Positions 1 through 15,077 of a DNA stretch of 64,000 nucleotides are shown here, piece after piece. Within the stretch, counting starts at the first letter, position 1. Each line of letters begins with the position of its first letter. Origin of the DNA: Utricularia gibba (lineage: Eukaryota > Plantae > Magnoliophyta). The position numbers were made by a program, and so were the translations under genes. The notes beneath the pieces are model-generated. The model did not search any database. It was not told the origin of the DNA and was given only the letters and a program-made list of their open reading frames with translations. The stretch is from assembly GCA_002189035.1 (NCBI GenBank), contig NEEC01000009.1, positions 3,389,941 through 3,453,940 of the forward strand. Reading direction: 5' to 3'.

Positions 1-197
1 CAAAGGTCCAGATTGTCTTACCTAGGATCGATGACGTGTTTGTGCTATTCGGATGCACGCGTACCCGGAATGCCAAATAATTCTAATTGATAAAACATCC
101 TTCTCTCCGACCCATGTTGGGCTGGGCCCATCCACACGGCCCAAAACAGTTTTTCTAAACAAACTCCTGCACAATCTGCTGCTGTTCAAGGAATGAT

Positions 198-3100
198 TTA
201 CGTTGCGTTTGCAGCGAGCTTTGGGTGGGCTGCTGCATATATCGAACAACTGGGATCTGCCTTCAGGTGTGTTAGAAGATGCTGCAGGTCAGGTCTCAAA
301 GTTTCTGCTGTTCTGCCGATCAGCGCCAGCACTTCTGCTCTTGGTTTGCTGCTGGGTTGAACAGGTCCTCCCTGTCCATCGTAATGCGCTATCTGATGCC
401 TGCACAGGCACATCATCAACAACATAAACATGTATACCAAGACTCTGAAACTCAACGGATGATGCATGTGGTACTACTAGTAGTAGGTTCATCTTACAGG
501 AAATCTACAATGTCTGCAATTTCCGATGCTTCCACACCAGCAGACGCAGGTGAATTTCTCCCAAAGACATCGGTCATTAAACTCAATAGTACAGTCAACG
601 TCTGGCAGAAAAAAACCAAGCAGGGAACCTCTTAGCTGCTGGAAATAAGGTGGGTTCAACTCGTTTATTGGAAAGGCTACCTTTGTGAAAAGGTTGTTTG
701 CATTCACCAATCTGTGAAGCAACGGGCCAAGTATGCGGAAGGCAATTCTCAATCCCGCAACTGATGTTACGGGCTTGAGGTGATTGATGATGAGATGTGT
801 TCCCTCCATCCACTCTAATGGAAGGTTACTGAAGAAGGCATGCAGCAGTGCTACCACATTACCTATCAAATGAATACCACACGTGGAAGCAACTAAAAAC
901 GAGGACTTGAGAAAAAAAGCATCCAGGGTTATTCTCAAGAAAAGACGGGAAAAGTTAACAGTTTGAAGCAATGAGATACATCAGCATGACCAATTCCTTT
1001 CCAACGCCAACTCAAACATTAACAAGATAACTGAAAACAAACAATGCGTACCGATAGCAGTAGACGTGTTGTCCTGGGAAGCCCATGTTGGATCCAGCAA
1101 AGCATAAGACACAGCGGAATTCAGCTCACTGACTGTTCTCTTCCCATCAGAAAGCCAGCAGCTTTCTTTGATTACACGAGCAGTCTCAGTATAGAGTTCA
1201 ATGCGAAACTCGGATGGAAGTTGAGCCAAAAGGAGACCACAGGCTTGGATTACAAGGCAGGATAACTGCTGACAGGTGTATCCACTACGCCATGTGAAAT
1301 TTGAGTTACTTAATCCTGACACTGTGGAAGTCCTTGTTGCACCTGAATCACTGCTTCCACCAGAAGGAGAAGTTGGAGCAACGCAACTTTGGCCTGCACC
1401 ACTCGGTTGTAATCCATTGCTAGATTGAACAAGAGTTGGTTGTATCTGGACCACAATTTGAACAAGTGATCTTATAATCTCACTTGCTGACACGGGCAGT
1501 GAGAGCATTTCAATAACCGCTGTTTCGAGAATTAGCTGGGTGTATGTACCAGGATCCTGGATTTGGTAGAATGGTTTCTGACCTTCATTAGAAGCAGTAG
1601 TACTAGCCTGTGATGTGGTACCCTTGTTCGTTGCAGATGGTTGAAGACCACTGGACAGATCTCCAAAATGCCCATATCTGCCAGCGTTATTCAGAGGAGG
1701 GATAACATGATCTACTAGACCTAACAAAATGTTGACAAAATAGTCCCGTGGAGGGCAGATTGAAACCACACGTTGAGCAAATGACTCCGAAAATGGAACC
1801 TGAAAGAACCATTTAATTAAATAAACCGTCACAGGCTATAAATTTCAGAATTGAAAATAACCATTCACCTTTTTCGCGCTTAATAAATTCAACAACTGGT
1901 GTATGATCTTCACTTCGAGATGACCATAAAAATATGCAAGAACTTCACGCACAAATGTGAAAACCAGAGGATAATACTGAAGAAGTGGTGAATACATTCG
2001 TAGAACTTCTTCTGCTTTATCAAATCGATCATTCTCAATAAGCCTATAAATGATTAGCGGAATCACAGGTAGCAACCTCGCAGCAACATCATCAAAAAAC
2101 ACCGGGCACCTAAGAGAAAGAATATATTTTTCAAGATACTGATTTACACAAACAGGAAGCAGTAAGCATGCCATATTGTCCTGGTTCATATATGATGTAA
2201 ACTGCCTCCAAATTAATTGTTTCAAGGTTAAATAAAATTATAAATGCATCTGAACCAATCGCATTTCTGCTGAGTCAGAAATTTACGCACAGTTTCACTT
2301 GTAAATCAAATGTGTGCATATGCGGAATGAAGAAAAACTCCATTTCTAGTAGGAAGGGGCCACACTCAACAAAAATCACCTTTCTCTCCATGACAGATAA
2401 TTGCCAAGAGCTTTCTGCAATTCTGGACGTTTGAAAGTTCCAGAAAATAGCCAATGTTCTGGTGGACCACGATTCAAAATATACAACTTTGCTCTTTGTT
2501 GGAACTCCTTGCCACAAAGTATATTTACCTATTGATAGTAAGAAGGGGGTGAAATATTATGCAATCAAAGGGGTAGTGAAATGTGGAAGGAGAATGGAGT
2601 AGATGAGAATAAATGCAGAAATTAACATCTCAATGTGTACCTAACTGTGATATTTTCATAACACACGGTGAAACAAAAAATCATGCATTGCACCATTTCA
2701 TGGGATTAATAGATTCTGCTACAAGATCCCAGAACACCCGAGAGCTCTCATTAATAGGAAATAAACACTTGATGCTTATTCCTTACACTAAAGGCATAAT
2801 TAATATTTTTGTTATTCTTGAGTTAAGAATAGCACATGTGATTTGCATGAAGAGTATCAGTGCACTTCAACATTTTAAATTCAAGTAGTATCTCCAAAAA
2901 AAAATCTTATAGACTTTTTATTGGAATGAGGACTAGTTAGACTTTCAATAAACAGATCTAGTAAGAAAATTAGAGGAAATAGCACCAATAAAGATAGGTT
3001 AAGCTTACCACAATCTCCAGAGCATGAGGGTCATGATCACAATCAATAAGTGCTAAAAGCAAAATGTCCAGGGGAAGCAGTTCATGAGTCCAAATGAAGA

Positions 3101-6100
3101 ATGCCAGGTTGTTATATGCTTTGACCATGATATCCTGATAAAATATTGTAATTTCTCAAGAAAACATTTAGTGATGGAAATTGCAAGATAACGTACTTGA
3201 AAAATAACACACCTGCAAAGGACGCCCACGCTGGAGCTCTAGGTTGAGATGATGCAATAATACATCGACCATTGTATAAATATTTGCAGTAACTTCTTCA
3301 GGGGAAAATTCTCTCAGGACGCGACCCTGTATATATATATGGGGCTTGATGAGACATACTCGTGCAAAGACAGAAATTGAATGCCAATACATCGCTTTGG
3401 ACATTGAGTGATAATTCTATAAACGGATAAAAAACGCAGCTACGTAACTAATGACCAAAACTCACAAGATGCAAACTATTGATGCTTTCAGGGTGGCTGT
3501 ACATAAGTATCCAGGTACCAGCACAAAGATACTGTCGATGCTGAGGAAAGCTGTGATTCATATAAGTCATTACATAGGATGGATCAGCTGATATAGAAAC
3601 AAGTTGGGTGCATTGATTTAGTACAGTAGCCTCGGCCTGCAAAAGACAAATGCTTAGCAGGAATGCAGATTTTACACTCATGCAGCCTGAGGGTGCTAAC
3701 CTACTCATTTATAGCTTTAAGTTGGCTGGAATGCAGTGGCATACATTTCATATTTCCTTGTGTATAAGAAAGAAAATGCATGAATATTAAGATTAAGCAC
3801 CTGCTGCCATGCTTGAATTGCTATGTTCCTTTGATCAATCCGTCCTGCCAAGGCTTCACGCAGGATGGAAGGGAAATAGCGCATGGTTTTTTCTGACCAT
3901 GCATGTTGACTGTTTGCAAGTATCTGTTCCAACATAGTCGGAAGGTACAAAAGATGTTCAACCTCTGCAATTCCACGAGTTTTAATTACAATAGCAAGAA
4001 CTACAACTGTAATTCGATTCAAAGTTTCTGTGAACTCTGTTGGACCCTAAGCAGATAGATCAAGGAAACTGTCAATGTTCAGTAGGCAACACCAATCTGT
4101 ACTGTGACCAAAATGGTAAGCAAATGCATTATCCTACCTTCCCATCTCGCTTCACATAAAAAAATTCTCTCATTGATGATAAAAGATTCACACACAAATT
4201 TTCTGCCAGCCTAAAACAGCGATGATCCCCACGTTTCCCCTTCAGAGACGCAATTCTTTTTGTGATATCATGAAGTAGGGTTTTGTTCTTCCCCTGGTAC
4301 CTACAAAAGCAGAGAGTCTAAGAACTAAAAAAGCATTAAAAAGTGCAGTGTCTTCAGGATAAAATACTCAGCAAGCTAACACTTTCCATAAAAGAGGTCA
4401 TTCACCTGTACAGTGAAAGCAAACGATAGTTCAGAATTTCAAAGACCAAAATAGAGGCAGCGGGTCTGCTCAGCGTGTTTGAGTTTTTCTGGGTCAGATG
4501 CTGCAATGAAACTTTAAAGTAACTCACGAAAGCATATATCACAAAAATTAACCACTAAGATTGAGCTGAATGAATCATAACATTTTTTTTCGAGAATAGA
4601 ACTACATCACATGTGGGGAATATTGGTTTTTTTCTTTTTGTTCGGAAAAAAGCTGGAGATGGACCCATATTACTGCACAATGTTTAACTGACGAGAACAA
4701 CATAATTAGTTAAGCAGTCAACCATATGTGCAGAATAAAAAGTACCGTCAACAGGTGACGGAACAAGGCATGGGGAGAAATAAGAAGCACACGGACATAT
4801 GTTTCAATCATGGCAATGCTGGGGACAACCTGCAGCAGCACAGGCCAAAGCAAACATCATTTTACTTAAGCTTCAACCCAGGTTCAACAGTTAAAAAGAA
4901 TAAAATGTAGATGAATAGTTCCATATATGGATTGATTTTATGCAAGGCTACAGATATATTTCCATGCAGTTGAAAAGAACAAATAAATAAATGATACATT
5001 TCAGAGTTATACCTGTCCTGAGAACATGGAGTCTTCCATGTGGTTTGCGAGTTTCAAGCACAAATTTATAGAAAATCCAGATAATAAAGACATTGGTAAT
5101 GGACTGACTTCCTGCATCACCCTCAACCTCTCGTTTGCCTGTAGATTTGAACCGGATACCATTTCTGTTTCTCCGGCAGACGTTAACCAATTCATGACAG
5201 TATCCAAAGCAGGTGCTGCCATTGTGTGCGAGACTACCCAAAACATTCCTATTGATCTTTCATCCATATTTCGGTAATCCATTAGGCGTTCACCTGTTCA
5301 CATGAACATGTAGAGAATATGAAAATGCATGAATATAGAATCGAGGCCAAAGTAACACAAGGTTCTGAAGTAACTAAACGACAGGAATATCTGTAAATAT
5401 TGCAGCATATACAGATAGTGAATGAAGACGTCAATAGCCCACATTTACTCAGTCATCAACAACTCTTTCCGAAGAGGTGTCACTTTTACAACAAAGTCAG
5501 CATATTGCAAATAAATGCAACACATCCGCACCGCAAATATCAACATGTTATATCATGCAAAGCACATATATTTCTTAAACAGATAAGAAGTGTGGAAAAA
5601 TAACATTAGGTTGGAACCCAGAAGTTAAGGCCACCATGAGTTGGACCTATTAATTTTCATCAGAGCGGTCTATATGTAGCATGCGGGAATCACATCCTAG
5701 GATAATGTTTTCTCCAGATCTATTAATTAGCCATAACCACTGTCACAATCATCGTTATTACTAGGCGCTACAATTATTTTCATCATCATTGCATTTGAAT
5801 TTAGTTAATTCGGTCTTCTAACCTATATCTCACCTAAATTGTAAATAGACCAATTAACTGAGTTTTCAATGATTTCAGAAAAGACTTTGAAAACCTATAT
5901 GCATATAAATATTAGCAACCACATCTTGAGAACACGGATGAACAGCCACTCATTCATACTGCACTCAATAACAGCTCAAAAAACAGACACAATTGCACCA
6001 AGTTAGCTTCAAGTTACAAAATATCACATGCAATAGTCATGATTTGATACAACTACCTTTGCTAACTTGTCTCCACCACTCGTCAATTTGCTTTCCTTTT

Positions 6101-9100
6101 TGAAGCTGCTCGCTATTTAAGTATTCCCTTGCTGATGTATTTAATGACCAAATGCGCAGATTCAGGCAGCTGATAATAAAATCTAGCAAGACAGTTTGGG
6201 GATTATTAGGATCAGATCCACGGTCTTCTTTATGGAATGAGAGAATTTTTCTGGTTGTCTCCACCTACACATCATTACGCATTTAAATCAACTCTGAATA
6301 CCTTAAAAACCTGAATATTAAATATGAAGAGACATTGTGACAAGGAAAAGAGTAATTACTTTTCGTGGGTCTGTATTCAGTGCGCTAACGACTAGTTCCA
6401 CAAGAATTATCTGAGCAAACAGCCATGTGACATGGTTGGTTCTAAGGACATTTGGAGCACCATCTTGAAGCCGAGAAACAAGCTTATCGACAAAGTCAAC
6501 GAAGTCTATGCATCCATGCTTCATGAGGAAAAAGAATAAATCCGAAAAAATAAGCCATTCCTGCCAGCAGTTCGTCTCTGTAGATTCACAAAATCATAAG
6601 CGCCTTTCCTAATAAAAATAGCCATACAGGAGCACCTAACAGCAGAATTAATGAAAACAACCATAATTCTGTGAAATTTGAGAATGAAGGACGTTTGCTT
6701 AAGTTTGTCAATTTCATTATCTCCACAATTCTGGCATGGCTGCGTCACCAATGATTTCAAAATTAAAAAAGAACCAGCATCCACCATACCACATAATTAT
6801 TGTTTAAATTGTTCTCATCATCAAAACAGACATGAGTTCGTTTAGTCTGATAAGAATGAAGAGCTTACCTGAGTTTGAAAGTTTTAGTAGTTCCACAATT
6901 CTATCGATTGTTGCATCAGTTATCATTTCTGAGGTAAAAACAGCACCAGCAGTAGGTCCTTGTGCAGGAAGCCTATGGCATGGTGCTAAAAGTAAAACCC
7001 GTCTCCACCAATCTGGTGATGGAGTGTTACAGAAAGCATGCCTCAAACATCTAAGAGCTCTTTCCCAGTCAAGGCTTTCCCGCTGAATAGATGCTGCAAG
7101 TTCCTGTAGCATGCTTTATCAGTCCTTTGCAACTCAATTCTTAATTTCTTGGATATTCAACATAGAAACCAATTATTCGAACCCACAAACAAATATTTTT
7201 GAAGATAGAGAAGCCACAGACATCCATTCTCAACTTGTTCGCATATGTAGACCATCTAACCTAAGATTCTGACAATCCTTTGCTTTGAATCACACTATTC
7301 ATGTGTAGGCTTCTGACTATCCTTTGCTTTCAGTCACACTGTCCATCTCTAGGTTTACATGAACAATATCTTGTTAAAAATTTTGAAATTTCAGAACTGC
7401 ATTAAAAAATAAAAGTAATCACTGCTTTCTTAGAAATAGAAGCTCATAGAGCTTATGTCCCTAACACCATCTGAATTACTCACAGAAAGGGCCTAACCGA
7501 ACTTTTATTTAAGAAAAAAAACCTTTCCAATCTTATCCATTAAATAAACAGCTTTATGAAGAATTATAATTACGAATCCAGAGATTCAGTATCCAAATAC
7601 CACTCCACCTCTTCAGGATATATTTGACTTCAATGTGAAGTATAGAATCGGCACATAGGGGCGATATCATTACCTCTCCATGCAAAGGTTCCCCCAGCAA
7701 ACTAGGGTATGTGATAGGTGAATGCCGCATATTAATGACGGTTTCACCAGGTGTGTTGCCAGTGGCCTGAGGCTGAATTCTGGAAGTGCCAAAAGTCGGA
7801 CAGTGAAGGTGTTGATCCAGCATTTGCATATGCATCGCCATCATATCTCTTCTCTTGTGGATTTCAAGAAGAAGCGTAAAAAGTGCCTCATCATCTGGTA
7901 TGTTCTCAATAAATTGCAGGCCACTACGTATCAATTCATAAAATGGCACACGACATTTAGTCTCCTCCACTAACTGCCAAATTACATCCAAACAGTTATG
8001 CACCCATTCCAGCAGTGTAACATCAGGCATCCAACATTTTGCACTATCAAACTCATCGACTCCATGCTGTTTTTGATCCCAATGGCCAAGCCAATTCAAC
8101 ATGTGATTTAGAATATCAGCATGGGTCACTGGCTTTAAATTAGTGCGCAATCCTATCAAGATTATCTTACAGGACAATTTTCGTAGGCAACTAAGAGTAT
8201 TTTCTCTTACAGACGAGTTGATCCTTGCTGACTGCTGGACCATGACGGTGGTGTCATTAGACTTCAAGGGTGACAACGGAGTGCAAGAAGATGGCTCCGC
8301 TGCTGAGTGTGCAGGTGATCCAACACCATGCATTGCATTCAAGGGAGGAGAAGCAGGAGTTGATGACTGGAAACTGATAGAATTTGGAAGGGGATTTGAG
8401 GGTTGCAGGCCTGACTGCGAAGAAGTTGAAGATACAACAGCTGCAGCTCTTTGGCAGCCCTGAAAAAGGGGGATTCTGCTGAAGAAACTGATGAAAGAAG
8501 TGCTGTTAAGAATGTGTCCCAGTTAATGCACCCTCTACTGCACAAGGCGCTTACTGCAAAGAGCAAAAAATCAGCTCTAGGAGCATGAGTACAGAACTGG
8601 AGCACCAGAGATATGAGAATGGATTCTGTTACGGAACACAGTAACTCCTGGTCCTGGTTAGAATATATCATGAAATATGTAAGTAAGTACACGATCTCCA
8701 TGAAACATGTTCTTAAAGTAAGAAAAAAAAAAGCCTCAAATTGAAGTCTGCTCTTAAAACCTTACAGGAAACTCTCTCCGTATCTGCTCAAAGTCCAGAA
8801 GAAATCGTTCATTGGGTGGAGGAAACTCTTTGCTAATAGCAGTAACTCTCTTCTGTGCCTTGTTCCTGCAGTTTACTAGGCTTAAAAAATCATGCTTATA
8901 AATTAAAAAAAAAACAGAATGCAGCAGTCTTTCCAGGAAAATATTTGCCTCTAGTAAAAAAAAAGATAGGCATGGTATTAAGGAATTACGACTCACGGGG
9001 GTTCCCGAACTTGTTCGTCCGGTTTCTGCCAGGCATTTCTCTGCGAAATTGAATCGCCATAAGGAATATTAATTGAGGAATAGAAGCCGACAAGCTTAGG

Positions 9101-9266
9101 AGCAACAAAAGGGATACAACTTTTTATACGGAATGATTCAAATACTTACCCCCAAGTAAAGATTGAAGAGCTCGAGTATGCGGGGTAGAGCAGGATGGAC
9201 ATGGTGACCACGAGCGGCAGAGGAAGAAGGTCGCTGTTGCGGCTGCACGTTGCTGAGTTGCTCCAT
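198..9266 (-). CDS. MED23: Mediator of RNA polymerase II transcription subunit 23; ~21 exons, complete; one -1 frameshift at ~8462-8471
   Basis: Exons joined at GT-AG sites give MEQLSNVQPQQRPSS...LFNLYLG|RNAWQKPDEQVREP|PNKAQKRV...|DQELL...CKIILIG...HLHCPTFG...GEPLHGE|...DWERALRC...|...RGPPEHW...|...YEGQGGPVQPSSKPR...AAAHPKLAANAT*. This matches my recall of plant MED23. ATG at 9266, stop at 198-200. Confidence 0.95.
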
Positions 9267-9829
9267 CTCGGAGACGGGTTGATTTTGGGAAACAGCACGC
9301 CGCATCACCTGGAAATAGTCATCAAGCAAGTCCCACCCAATGCGGAAAAATGAAGGGAATCAAATTGCGAGTTGGATTCGCATGAACTGCGAACGGATAC
9401 TAAAGGGCAGGCAAAAATGCAAAATCAAGGTAGCTGTTCAATGGCGAACCCGCGACCCGAAGAGAAGGATTTGTATATGGGCTGGGCCGACGCCCATATC
9501 CGTTTCTCCTTTCTTTTTTTGTCTTACGGCCTTTCGCCGTTTCTGCTATTTCGTTCCAAGCAACTTTACTGTTAACCTTTTTTGTTAGTAATGACTCCAA
9601 TGGACTTGTGAATCGAGTGGGGGAGTAGAAGACGAAGCTTAATCTCATCACATCCAAGTGTCTTCATCATACAACTAGATGCCGAAAACAGTCTTCTTTC
9701 TTTTAATGACGCAAAGGCGAATCGCCGTCAAATGGAGGGATAATAAATGGAGAGGGTGACCTTCGCCTACCACTCGACTGAAGCAGACGGCTTGTGTTGT
9801 GGGATTCTGGGTCTGGATCTGGATCTGGA

Positions 9830-12382
9830 TCAAGGGTGGGCGGAGAAGTAAGCGAGTAGCCCAACCAAGGGAGCGTTTATGTACGTGGTGGGTTCAGATT
9901 CCTGGAACAATGGCCTGGAATCAGGAAATGCGTCCGACGTATTCGGTCCACCCACCACCGCTCCCACCAACACATTCGGGTTCGGATTCTGGGTCAAGTA
10001 GTAACCCGTCCCATCTTTGCACCCTATGCGAGCCGGATGGGCTGCCACAGACGGCAACGAGCTACCCCGGTGGTGGATCCGGAGCGGGAACCTCTCCCCG
10101 TACCCCACCATGTACGACATTCTCATGGGGTTGTCTCCTAGAATGTAGTCCACCTGATGATGTCCACCGCACAGATCAACCCACCTCCGGCCTCAGTTGT
10201 GTTGAACAAGAGCACGTATGTATACATACCTGACGGCGAGCCAAGGTTTTGAGGACGGAGGAGGTGGCCGGAGTACGCCCACAAGGGACGCGGTGGTTGG
10301 CATGGCTGAGATAGTTGGAGTAAGCGAGCACCAGGAAGGACAGCGACGTGACGTGCTGCATGTTGCTCCCCCCTGCCTTGAACATCAGTCCTCCTGCGCA
10401 CCCCACACAGCAATAATTAATTCAAATGATGATGATCCCATCCCAATAATAAGGATACTGTCTGCCTAGGTATTTAATGCACGATGCCATTCACAAGGTG
10501 CTCCAGTCAGTTCCCTACAGTTGAAGCATTCATGGTGATTTGACAATGAACACTGTCCCTTCATGACTACTCACTGGTTGGATGCAGTAAACCGTAAGCC
10601 TTTTTTGTAGTGGGTTAAGCCAAATGAAATGGCACCTGGGGAGTATTGAACTTGAGGAGGATGAAAGTTTCCAGGCAACAGGGAACAGATGAAGGCATCT
10701 GCATTCAACTGGAAAGACCTCAGATCCTCAGCTCTGCCCATCAGGACCTCCTGTTTTTATGGAAATTGTAATACGTGTAGTCAGCCTTCTTAATCAGCCA
10801 TTGATGGACGATTAGGACATGCACACACACCACCATCAACGGAACGTTAGCAGTTAGTAAATGGGACTGACAAGATTAGAGAATCCCATTTCCTCCGAAA
10901 CCCAGAATGGGGCATTTAATGAAAAGCCCGGCGGCACATGGAGAGAGGAAGACCGAGGATGATGAAATCCGGCAATGGAGATGGCCAAAACTAGCAAGAT
11001 TGAATGAATTCACACACACTACGTACCTTGGAAAGGAGGACATTAATGCCTGCGTGTTTGTTGTCCCACCCGAACTCATTAATTGTATCTCCAGCCCTCA
11101 AAACCACCTCATTTCCTACGATATACTCTCTGAATTCTCGCCTCCTAGATGCCTTGTGCAGCCATGCCGCTGCCCAGAGTAGCTCGTCCTGCAAACGCCA
11201 TTTTTAAACACGAGTGAAATTCCTAAATTTTCTTCTGCAACCTCCGATGTGTGATTGGAGCGGTACCTGGTAGCCATTCACATCGCAGTAAAAAGGGCAA
11301 ACAGCTTGACTTAGGCTGGAGCTGTAAGCACCTCGGTGTCTATCAGCGAAGTCGAACACCTTATGCATCAAGAAGACACGGTGCAAAGCCATGAAAAATA
11401 AACACAATCAGAGTAGAAAAAAGAATGAAGGGTGCAGAAGATGCTTGTATCATTTTCAGAAAATGTAACACGACGCGGCAATGTGCGCCAATGTCAAAGA
11501 AAAAGGACGGCTCAACGCGGCGGCCGTCTACGAGATCTTTTCGAGATACTACCCAAAAGCCGAAAAAGGGAACGAATACGGTGGAATCATAAAGTTGTCC
11601 GCCTCTGCCCATAAATCACGTGAAGGCTATACCCAAGTCTTTGCAACTAAAGTAGGCAAAAGAAAAAGAAAATTCCTTCGGTATGAGCGGCTTACTTTAA
11701 CGGCACGACTGAGTAGTAGTTTTGAGTAAGCCGGGTTTCGTGACCGGAAAACGATGGATGCGGCTGCGAGGGCGGCGGCGGTTTCCCCTGCGACGTCGGA
11801 CCCTGGGTTCTCGCGATCGATTTTGTAAGCTGTTCTTAATGTGTCCATGTCTTCAGGCCTCTCCCAGCAGCTGTGGTCCGACAATGGGTCCCCGACTTGC
11901 ACGTAGATAACGCCGTCGTGTGCGGTGGCTTTTAGCAAATAATCGGTAGCCCATTTCACTGCTGTCACTGCGTTCCCGAGTTCACTTCCCATGTTCCTTC
12001 CGAAGTCGATAATGCTCCACGACAACAATGTGGCTGTAAACGCCATGGGGAATCCGAATTTCACGTTGTCCCCTGCATCGTAGTACCCTCCGCTCAAATC
12101 CACCTAACCCAGGAAAAATCTCAGATACTGGACTATGAAATCAGAAAAAGAAGGGAAAAAAAGTCAAAGAAGCCCTACACCGTCTGAGGCTCCGTCGTGC
12201 AAGGCGGAATCTCTCCGCCAGCGAATGCGCTGGTCAGGGGGAAGCCTCCCAGAGCGTTGGCCTTCGAAGAAGATAATGCTCTTACGGAGAGCATCGTGGT
12301 AGTCATGGCGGGAGGTCACGGCGTTTCCGGCGAGGATCAAAATGAAGGCGACGGCCAATGGGAGGGAGGAGTTTGGCGCCAT
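9830..12382 (-). CDS. Secreted endo-1,4-beta-glucanase, glycoside hydrolase family 9 (class B), 7 exons
   Basis: Signal peptide [21 protein letters not shown]9 motifs: [84 protein letters not shown] junctions keep frame. Confidence 0.95.
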
Positions 12383-13113
12383 ATTCAGTGGAGCCAGAGG
12401 AGGACGGACCGGGGTTTAGGAGTAGAATATGGCAGTGGAGGGTTTGGCAGTTTACGTTGACCGCTCAAGGGAAAAAGAGGGAGAGAGCTTGACATGTGAG
12501 CCGCCAACTGACGGCCAACACGTGGAGCGCCTGAAAAGCTTGAAGATGGGGCCCACTACCGGAGCCCAGCCCACCAACCGCATGTAATGAAGTTGGTTTG
12601 GCGCGGAGGGTTTTAATGGAGCGAGCGGCTTTCATACATTAACGTGTGTTCAGAAGAATATGGTTAATAGTTCCCAAAGAGTCTTACGTGGTCGGCAAGT
12701 TGCATTGCAACTCTTTGAGCGTCAAGGGCGTTTGAATGCAGATGCGTCAAAAATGAACGAAAAGCACGAGGGTTAGGGAACCAGGTGATCAAGCGGAAAC
12801 TCAAAAAACTCCATTTTATATGTAAGTGGTGATTTGCGACGTATTCTGATCTAATTGAACCATAATGCCCCACGAGCGCCTCCTCCACGTTTGGGGAGAA
12901 TCACGCCAGACCTACCTGATGGAAAAACAAAAAAATAGAAGAGGAACCCAAGGCAGAATACTGCTCCAGAAGACAACCTGGAGTATCAGAGAAGAAATTG
13001 CCTGCCAATAATGTGTCTCTTAGTCAAAGAAACTTCGTATGGTAGCACTCTGGTTACCTATCAAGAAATTTAAAGGTTCCATCTGACTGAGAGTCTGCAG
13101 TGACGAGCCGCCT

Positions 13114-15077
13114 CTAGCCATACAAGAACAAGAGACTCCTGCAAAGTAACAGCCCCATCAGGCGAGAATGGACCGGCAGGCTATCGGCAGAGTGCTTTAG
13201 TTTAGAAATGAACACATATTCATATGTAGGCCTGTGATTTCCTTACCGCTTCTGCATTTGAACATAGATTCACAACTAGGGTTCATCATTGTCAACAAAA
13301 AACTCGCATTCATATTGTGTCAAATCTCAATTACGAATTTAAGAGTGCAAAGATCTCACGCGTAAAGCTTGATTGACCTTAAATAGAAACAATTCTTTAC
13401 ATAAACAAATTTCTAAATGGGGAACCTTCAAAACCAAGATAACGCACAAAAATTAAGCGTGAACATTCTTAATGCATAATTAAGTGCCATTTTTTAAGGT
13501 ACTTGGCTACCTAACGATAAATGGAAGAACGAACGCCGACCTGATGGTAAAGTAGAGCAAGACGAAACCGAGCACGATGTAAGTTGCTAGTCTGCATACG
13601 GTTCTGTTCGATTTCTTTTCAAACACCTGAAAGTTTCTCATGTAAGATACAACAGGATAAACAACCAACGGTCCGCTCTGACTGGTCATACTTTCAAATC
13701 TTAAATGCAAACAAGTACCCGTTTGAAATGATCAAATGTTCCTGACAATGTTCCTCTTGAAGAATCCATCTCATTACCCTAAAAAATGTAGCCAGTGATA
13801 CATAATTCTTCATCTATGACAAAGTGCTCTTGTTATCATTGACTTACCATTCTATCAAGCATTCGGTTGTGACTATCCACCTCCTCATGTATATCCCCAG
13901 TCAACTGCAGCACACATCAAGGAAATCATTTCAAATTATAATGCAATGAATGATGCATAAAAGCAGCGTTCAGCATTGACTTAAATTTAAGAAACGGGGA
14001 GCTAACTCACACATAACTAGGCAAATATTTGATTTATTATTTGTGAAACTAGGGTAAAAGCAAACTTACAGAAAAAAGGAGTTTACCAATGTTATACTAA
14101 GCTACACTCTGAAGCCCTATTCCACTAGATGGGTTGGTCTGGCACAACCAGTATTATGCTCACCAAACACAAGTAGAATAAATACGGTGTTAACCTAACA
14201 TCAGAGATACAAAGTCAATAATACACTATCTACTGTGAGGATGAAGCGTGCAAGCATATCCTAGAAAGGCTCATAATAACATATCTGATATGCTGTACAT
14301 CATTCATATACGGATTTTATATCATAGAAAGACATAACATATCTTATATGCTGTAAATCGTTCAAATACTCACTCTTTTCAAGAAGCTGACTCTGTCATG
14401 CAAGCTGTCTATACTCTCCTCATTCTCTTGATCACCAAGACGACTTGAATATGATGAAGCGGAGCGAAGACCCCCCTGTTCAAGTCTGTCCATGTCAAAT
14501 AGTGAGGCTCTTGAAGCCCGGTAGTCCCTGTAAATAAAAAAAAGGGCATATTGGAAGGACTTCATCTAAAGTACACAGCATATTATATAAATGTGCATCA
14601 TAAATCGAAGTTCTAGCACGACCCCTAACTAAACTGGAATCTCCTTGCATTGATCTTCATGTGTCTTTTTCATAATACAACGAAACTAGAATACAACAAC
14701 TCAAAATGTGAACTCATTATAAAATGCAATGATCACTCATTAATTTTACAAAACTGAGACGTCCTTGATCATTGGATATCCTTCTGAAAATTGTCACAGC
14801 TCCTGGTAAAATTTGAGCAACGACGGTTGTGTGCATATAGATTTCATTGAGCAAAATTCTAGGCAGCTACTTGGTCTGATAGTACGGAGGATTCTAAATA
14901 GGCGTAGGCACACAAGAACGTCAAGACACGCGAAAGCAATTGAAAAATTGATCAACTCAGGCAAATGCTCAGTGTCCGCTTCTGTTCTGTTTGCAGATTT
15001 GGACACCGTGATATAAGAGAAATTATCGAATTGGAAGAGATTCTTGGCTGAAGGTCATGTTACCTCCGCGAACTCAT
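13114..15077 (-). CDS. Bet1-like Qc-SNARE, 6 exons
   Basis: Exons 15064-15077 (MSSR), 14374-14527 (RDYRASRASLFD...LHDRVSFLKR), 13848-13904 (LTGDIHEEVDSHNRMLDRM), 13719-13778, a TM exon from 13541 (VFEKKS...LLYFTI) and a short last exon 13114-13138 (RSLLFLYG*). The last exon is less certain. Confidence 0.9.

Noticed and set aside
9800-9832. (CCAGAT)n hexamers right after the GH9 stop, reading PDPDPDPES in another frame
   Set aside because: It would need a base removed, the opposite of every other error here, and GH9B proteins commonly end near FSAHP. Treated as a 3'UTR microsatellite.
9799-10233. 144-aa Pro/Gly-rich plus-strand ORF and similar short antisense ORFs across genes
   Set aside because: They are mirror frames of GC-rich exons (here the GH9 last exon).
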